A program made the position numbers and the translations under genes. Source: an uncultured delta proteobacterium (GTDB lineage: Bacteria > Desulfobacterota > Binatia > HRBIN30 > BPIQ01). From it: DNA of 64,000 nt. The notes beneath the pieces were generated by a model. That model worked only from the letters and a program-made list of their open reading frames with translations. It was not told where the DNA came from and made no database searches. Positions 59,605 through 64,000 of the stretch are shown piece after piece; positions within the stretch are counted from its first letter, which is position 1; each line of letters opens with the position of its first letter. The DNA lies in assembly GCA_963761335.1 (NCBI GenBank), contig CAVXGR010000011.1:448001-512000 (forward strand), in the 5' to 3' direction.

Positions 59605-61536
59605 ATGGCGGCGCCGGCGACCAGGAAGAGCCGCTCGAGGGAACGACAGGCGCGCGTTCCCCTGCCGGCGCGTTTCGAGCCGCAGCTCGCGACCCTGGTG
59701 AAGACGCCACCCGCGGGCAAGGACTGGCTGCACGAGATCAAGTTCGACGGCTACCGCATCGGCTGCCGGATCGACGGTCAGGACATCCGTCTGATCAGCC
59801 GCAACGGCAAGGATTGGAGCGCGAAGCTCCCCGTAGTGCTCGAGGCCGCGGCGCGACTCGAGACGCGCGGCGCCTGGATCGACGGGGAGGTCGCCGTGGT
59901 GCTCCCCGACGGGCACACGAGCTTTCAGGCGCTGCAGAACTTCTTCGCCGGCGGCGGCACGGGTGAGCTGGTATACTTCGTCTTCGATCTGCTGCATCTG
60001 GACGGCACGGACTTGTCGCGTCTCCCTCTCGAGGAGCGCAAGACGCGGCTGCATCGCTTGGTGCGCCGTGTGAACGGGCGCACCGCCATCCGCTACGCCG
60101 AGGATTTCTCCGGCGGCGGACCGGAGTTCTTCGCGGAGGCCTGCCACCTCGGCCTCGAGGGTGTGGTCTCGAAGCGCCGCTCCGGCATCTACCAGGCCGG
60201 GCGCAGCCGCGAGTGGCTGAAGGCCAAGTGTATCCGACGGCAGGAGTTCGTCATCGGCGGCTTCACCGACCCCGAGGGATCGCGCGCCGGCCTCGGGGCG
60301 CTGCTGGTCGGTGTGCAGCACGACGGCAAGCTCTGGTACTCGGGAAAGGTCGGCACCGGCTTCACGCAGAAATCCGCCACCGAGCTGCGCGCCCGCCTCG
60401 AGGCTCTGGAGCGGAAGACCTCGCCGTTCGCGGCACCGCCGTCCGGGCGCCTCGGCCGCGAGGCGCACTGGGTGAAGCCGTCACTGCTCGCCGAAGTGAC
60501 GTTCGCCGAATGGACCGGTGACGGCAAGATCCGCCACTCGTCGTTCCAGGGACTGCGCGAGGACAAGATGCCGGACGACATCGTACGCGAGGAGCCCGCC
60601 CCGCAGCCGCCAGCTTCGGGCAATCCCGGTCGCAAGGGCAGCGCCGCCGAGGTCGCCGGTGTGCGTCTGACGCATCCCGAGCGCATCCTGTATCCCGACA
60701 TCGGCTTCACCAAGCTCCAGCTGGCGAAGCTCTACGAGGGCATCGCCGAGTGGATCATGCCGCACGTGGTCGGCCGGCCCCTGACCCTGGTGCGCTGCCC
60801 GAAGGGGATCGGCAGTGCCTGCTTCTACATGAAGCACGCGCACGCCTATGCCCCCGAGCCGCTGCGGCGCATCCGCATTCAGGAGAAGGAAAAGACAGGG
60901 GAGTACCTGATCGCCGACTCGATCGCGGCGGTCGTCGGCCTGGTGCAGATGGACGTCCTCGAGCTGCACACATGGAACTCCACCGAAGCACATCTCGAGC
61001 AACCCGACCGCATCGTCCTCGACCTCGACCCCGGACCGCGCGTCGCCTGGCCGCAGGTGCTCGAGGCGGCGCGGCTGGTGCGCGGCATCGCCGACGTCCT
61101 CGAGCTGAAGAGCTTCGTGAAGACCACCGGCGGCCACGGCCTGCACGTAGTGGTGCCGCTGGCGCCGAAGGCGACGTGGGCGGAGTGCCTCGAGCTGGCC
61201 CGCGCCATCGCCAAGGCGATCGAGCGCCAGAGCCCCCGCCGCTACACCACCGCCTTCCCCAAGGCCGGACGCGAGGAGAAGATCCTCATCGATTACCTGC
61301 GCAACAACCGCACCAACACCTCGGTGGTGTCCTACTCCACGCGCGCCCGCCCGCAGGCGCCGGTGTCCGTTCCCCTCGACTGGGACGAGCTCGGCCCCCG
61401 CCTGCGCTCCGACCACTACACGGTGCGAAATCTGTCGCAACGCCTGTCGAGATTGAAGCAGGATCCCTGGAAGGCGTACTGGAAGTGCCGCCAGAAGATC
61501 CCCGCCAAGGCCGTCGAGGCCCTGGCGGAGATCTGA
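59605..61536 (+). CDS. ligD: DNA ligase D (ligase + polymerase domains, no phosphoesterase domain)
   Basis: EIKFDGYR, EGVVSKR, WLKAK, VGTGF, LTHPERILYP, PDRIVLDLDP, KTTGGHGLHV, IDYLRN. Confidence 0.93.
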   Translation: MAAPATRKSRSRERQARVPLPARFEPQLATLVKTPPAGKDWLHEIKFDGYRIGCRIDGQDIRLISRNGKDWSAKLPVVLEAAARLETRGAWIDGEVAVVLPDGHTSFQALQNFFAGGGTGELVYFVFDLLHLDGTDLSRLPLEERKTRLHRLVRRVNGRTAIRYAEDFSGGGPEFFAEACHLGLEGVVSKRRSGIYQAGRSREWLKAKCIRRQEFVIGGFTDPEGSRAGLGALLVGVQHDGKLWYSGKVGTGFTQKSATELRARLEALERKTSPFAAPPSGRLGREAHWVKPSLLAEVTFAEWTGDGKIRHSSFQGLREDKMPDDIVREEPAPQPPASGNPGRKGSAAEVAGVRLTHPERILYPDIGFTKLQLAKLYEGIAEWIMPHVVGRPLTLVRCPKGIGSACFYMKHAHAYAPEPLRRIRIQEKEKTGEYLIADSIAAVVGLVQMDVLELHTWNSTEAHLEQPDRIVLDLDPGPRVAWPQVLEAARLVRGIADVLELKSFVKTTGGHGLHVVVPLAPKATWAECLELARAIAKAIERQSPRRYTTAFPKAGREEKILIDYLRNNRTNTSVVSYSTRARPQAPVSVPLDWDELGPRLRSDHYTVRNLSQRLSRLKQDPWKAYWKCRQKIPAKAVEALAEI

Positions 61537-61608
61537 GACGAGAAGGCTTCGGCGGGCGGCCAGATGGCCGCGCTCCCAGGGGCGCGGGCGTGTAGCCCCG
61601 GGGCGAAA

Positions 61609-62032
61609 GAGGCCGTCTCAAAATCCGGGAAAAACGATTCCGCCGGCCCCGCCGGCCAAGGTAGAAGCGGCGTCTCGCCGCCTCGGAAAGCGCCGGGACG
61701 GCGCTTCTACTCCGGCCCGCCGGCCCTCGGGCCAAGGTAGAAGCGGCGTCTCGCCGCCTCGGAAAGCGCCGGGACGGCGCTTCTACTCCGGCCCGCCGGC
61801 CCTCGGGCCAAGGTAGAAGCGGCGTCTCGCCGCTTCGGAAAGCGCCGGGACGGCGCTTCTACTCCGGCCCGCCGGCCCTCGGGCCAAGGTAGAAGCGGCG
61901 TCTCGCCGCCTCGGAAAGCGCCGGGACGGCGCTTCTACTCCGGCCCGCCGGCCCTCGGGCCAAGGTAGAAGCGGCGTCTCGCCGCTTCGGAAAGCGCCGG
62001 GACGGCGCTTCTACTCCGGTTGAGACAGCCTC
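61609..62032 (+). mobile_element. MITE-like element with 13-bp TIRs and 4-bp GAAA duplication, carrying five 76-bp REP units
   Basis: GAAA|GAGGCCGTCTCAA ... TTGAGACAGCCTC|GAAA; GTAGAAG at 61661, 61737, 61813, 61889, 61965. Confidence 0.8.
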
Positions 62033-62088
62033 GAAAGCCCGCGGAACCCGTGGGTGCCCCCAGCCGCGCCCCGCCAGGGGCGCGGGCG

Positions 62089-63921
62089 TCACCACGGGTA
62101 CTTGTCGTACGGGTAGTCGGCGCAGGGCTCGCGGCTGGCGTAATCGTCTCTGCTGAAGGAGACCGACCATTCCGCCAGGTCGTGGTACACCATGCAGCGC
62201 TCCCGCGGCGAGGTGAGCCGCGGGTCGGCCTCGACGGCCTCGAGCACCGCGGCGGCGGTGACCGTCTGCCTCGATATCTGCAGGCCCCCGCCCTCGGGCG
62301 TGTCGAAGACGATGTAGCCAGGACCCGCGTCCTGCCAGCGCTTCCATTCCGGCAACGAGCCATCGCGACCGCGGCCGGGGTTGCCGCTGTAGGCGAGCTG
62401 TGCCCAGTACGACATCATCTCCGCCGAGAGCGCCTGTCGCCCCGGCGCATTCTTCTCGGTGAAGATGGCGTCACCCGCCTTGCCCAGCTCGAAATGGCCG
62501 AAGACGAAGGGAATCTCGAAGCCGTGGGCGGCGCCCAGCATCATCGAGAGATCGGCGCCGAGCACGTGCGGCTCCTCGTCCCAGTCGAAGCGATACACCC
62601 AGACGCCGGGGGCGCCGCTCGCCGCCATCGCCGCCGCCGGCTCGTCGGCGCCGTTCGCCTTCCACATCTTCGCCAGGTACTCGGCGGTGACGTTGTACAT
62701 CTTCTCGTCCCGCAGCCGCGGGATGAACCACAGAAACTTCCGCACCCAGTGGGGGTCGTTGAACATGAAGAGCTTGTTCTCGTCGCGGTTGGTTCCGAGA
62801 ATCACCGGCACGTGGTTGTAGCCGTCGGGACGCGAGAGCGCCTGCATCGGCTCCTCGCTCGGCAGCACCACGCCGTCGCGGAACAGCTTCGGCATCCGGA
62901 ACATCCCGGCTCCGGGCATGGGGGTGTAGACGGTGAGAATGTCGAAGGCCTTCTTGCCGCGCAGATAGCTCTCCACCTCGGCGGCGCTCATCGCCGCGAG
63001 CCGTGCCTTGGCGGCGGCGCGATCGCCGGCGCCGTCGCGCTGCAACAGCCGCAGCAGCACCTCGTTGGAGCTGTTCTCGGCGCCCGCTTCGGCGTCGTCG
63101 GTGAAGTTCTCCGCAGAGGTCACATCGCTGAAGCCCAACCCGCCGCTCTCGACGATGGCGCGGTGGAAGAGACCGTGCGCCTGCGGAGACAGGAGCATGG
63201 TGTAGGTGTTGGTTCCCCCCGCCGACTCGCCGAAGACAGTGACGTTGCCGGGATCGCCCCCGAATGCGGAGATGTTGTCGCGCACCCACTCCAGGGCGCG
63301 CACCAGGTCGAGAGTGCCGAAGTTGCCGGAGCGGTCCAGATCGCTGGTGCCGGAGCCGCGCAGGGAGGCGTGACGGAACCAGCCGAAGGGACCCAGGCGA
63401 TAGTTGAAGGTGATGACGATGACGTCCTCGGTGGCGGCGAGATTGCCGCCGTCGTAGAAGCCGCCCTCGCCGATGGTGTTGCCGCCGCCGTGGATCCACA
63501 CCATGACCGGCAGACGCTTCTCCCCGGTCGGCACCTCGGCGGCATCGAAGCGCGGCGCCCAGACGTTCAGGTACAGGCAATCCTCGCTGCCGACCGGCTG
63601 CCCCGGCGGCGCCGTGGCGACGCCGCCGAAGATGCTGGAGTACTGCACGCAGGGAGAGCCAAAGGCGAGCGCCTCGTGGGTCCCGGCCCAGGTTCCGGGC
63701 GGCCGCGGCGCACGCCAGCGCAGATCGCCGACCGGCGGCGCCGCATAGGGGATTCCCAGCCACGCATGGCTGCCATAGTGGCTGACGAAGCCGAGCACCT
63801 CGCCCGACCAGATCACCCGCCGCGATGCCGGGTCGGCAACCGGTTGCTTCACCTCGGCGCGGCGGCAGGCGGAACACGTCAGCAGGCTTGCCGCGATTGC
63901 GATCAGCGTCAGCCGTCTCAT
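62089..63921 (-). CDS. Type B carboxylesterase (lipoprotein)
   Basis: GIPYAAPPVGDLRW, SEDCLYLNVW, WIHGGG, FGESAGG, AAHGFEI. Confidence 0.93.
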   Translation of the reverse strand: MRRLTLIAIAASLLTCSACRRAEVKQPVADPASRRVIWSGEVLGFVSHYGSHAWLGIPYAAPPVGDLRWRAPRPPGTWAGTHEALAFGSPCVQYSSIFGGVATAPPGQPVGSEDCLYLNVWAPRFDAAEVPTGEKRLPVMVWIHGGGNTIGEGGFYDGGNLAATEDVIVITFNYRLGPFGWFRHASLRGSGTSDLDRSGNFGTLDLVRALEWVRDNISAFGGDPGNVTVFGESAGGTNTYTMLLSPQAHGLFHRAIVESGGLGFSDVTSAENFTDDAEAGAENSSNEVLLRLLQRDGAGDRAAAKARLAAMSAAEVESYLRGKKAFDILTVYTPMPGAGMFRMPKLFRDGVVLPSEEPMQALSRPDGYNHVPVILGTNRDENKLFMFNDPHWVRKFLWFIPRLRDEKMYNVTAEYLAKMWKANGADEPAAAMAASGAPGVWVYRFDWDEEPHVLGADLSMMLGAAHGFEIPFVFGHFELGKAGDAIFTEKNAPGRQALSAEMMSYWAQLAYSGNPGRGRDGSLPEWKRWQDAGPGYIVFDTPEGGGLQISRQTVTAAAVLEAVEADPRLTSPRERCMVYHDLAEWSVSFSRDDYASREPCADYPYDKYPW

Positions 63922-64000
63922 GAGAGCCCCCTCTCTCCCCGGCGTAACGACCCCGAGGTGGAGAAGGCATATGCGCCTGCGCGCCCCCGTTCAAGAGACG

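Noticed and set aside
61655..62018. CRISPR array
   Set aside because: Spacers are identical, the repeat is a dispersed REP family, and there are no cas genes

Overview
A very GC-rich bacterial chromosomal segment containing about 50 mostly housekeeping or lipid-catabolic genes. These include a type IV pilin, miaB, nadA-nrtR with a recognisable NrtR operator, a MATE transporter, two heteromeric acyl-CoA dehydrogenase pairs, two enoyl-CoA hydratases, LLM oxidoreductases, gltA plus a degenerate citrate-synthase paralogue, pepP, an ArnC/LAB_N/ArnT-like trio, xth-ligD and several Pro/Thr-linker lipoproteins. The gene content suggests Candidatus Binatia or a related deltaproteobacterial lineage (inference only). 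No rRNA, tRNA, CRISPR array, integrase or transposase gene was seen. The most striking feature is a dense, hierarchically nested set of non-coding repeats covering about 8 kb of the window by my tally. (1) A ~330-480 bp cassette with fixed ends (TGCGTCATGAGCC...GATGAAAATG and CACCCAACAGATTTTCGAAGCAG) sits at the CAG of a short host palindrome GGGGACAG^GCTACTTTT-N30-37-AAAAGTTGCCTGTCCCC. Empty host sites are present, the cassette forms head-to-tail arrays, and one copy carries a different cargo. (2) A MITE-like element with GAGGC(C/T)GTCTCAA ends sits in REP hairpin loops, with a 4-bp GAAA duplication at one site. (3) There are 225-bp and 76-bp tandem arrays of GTAG-type REPs. (4) There are further REP families and octamer tracts.
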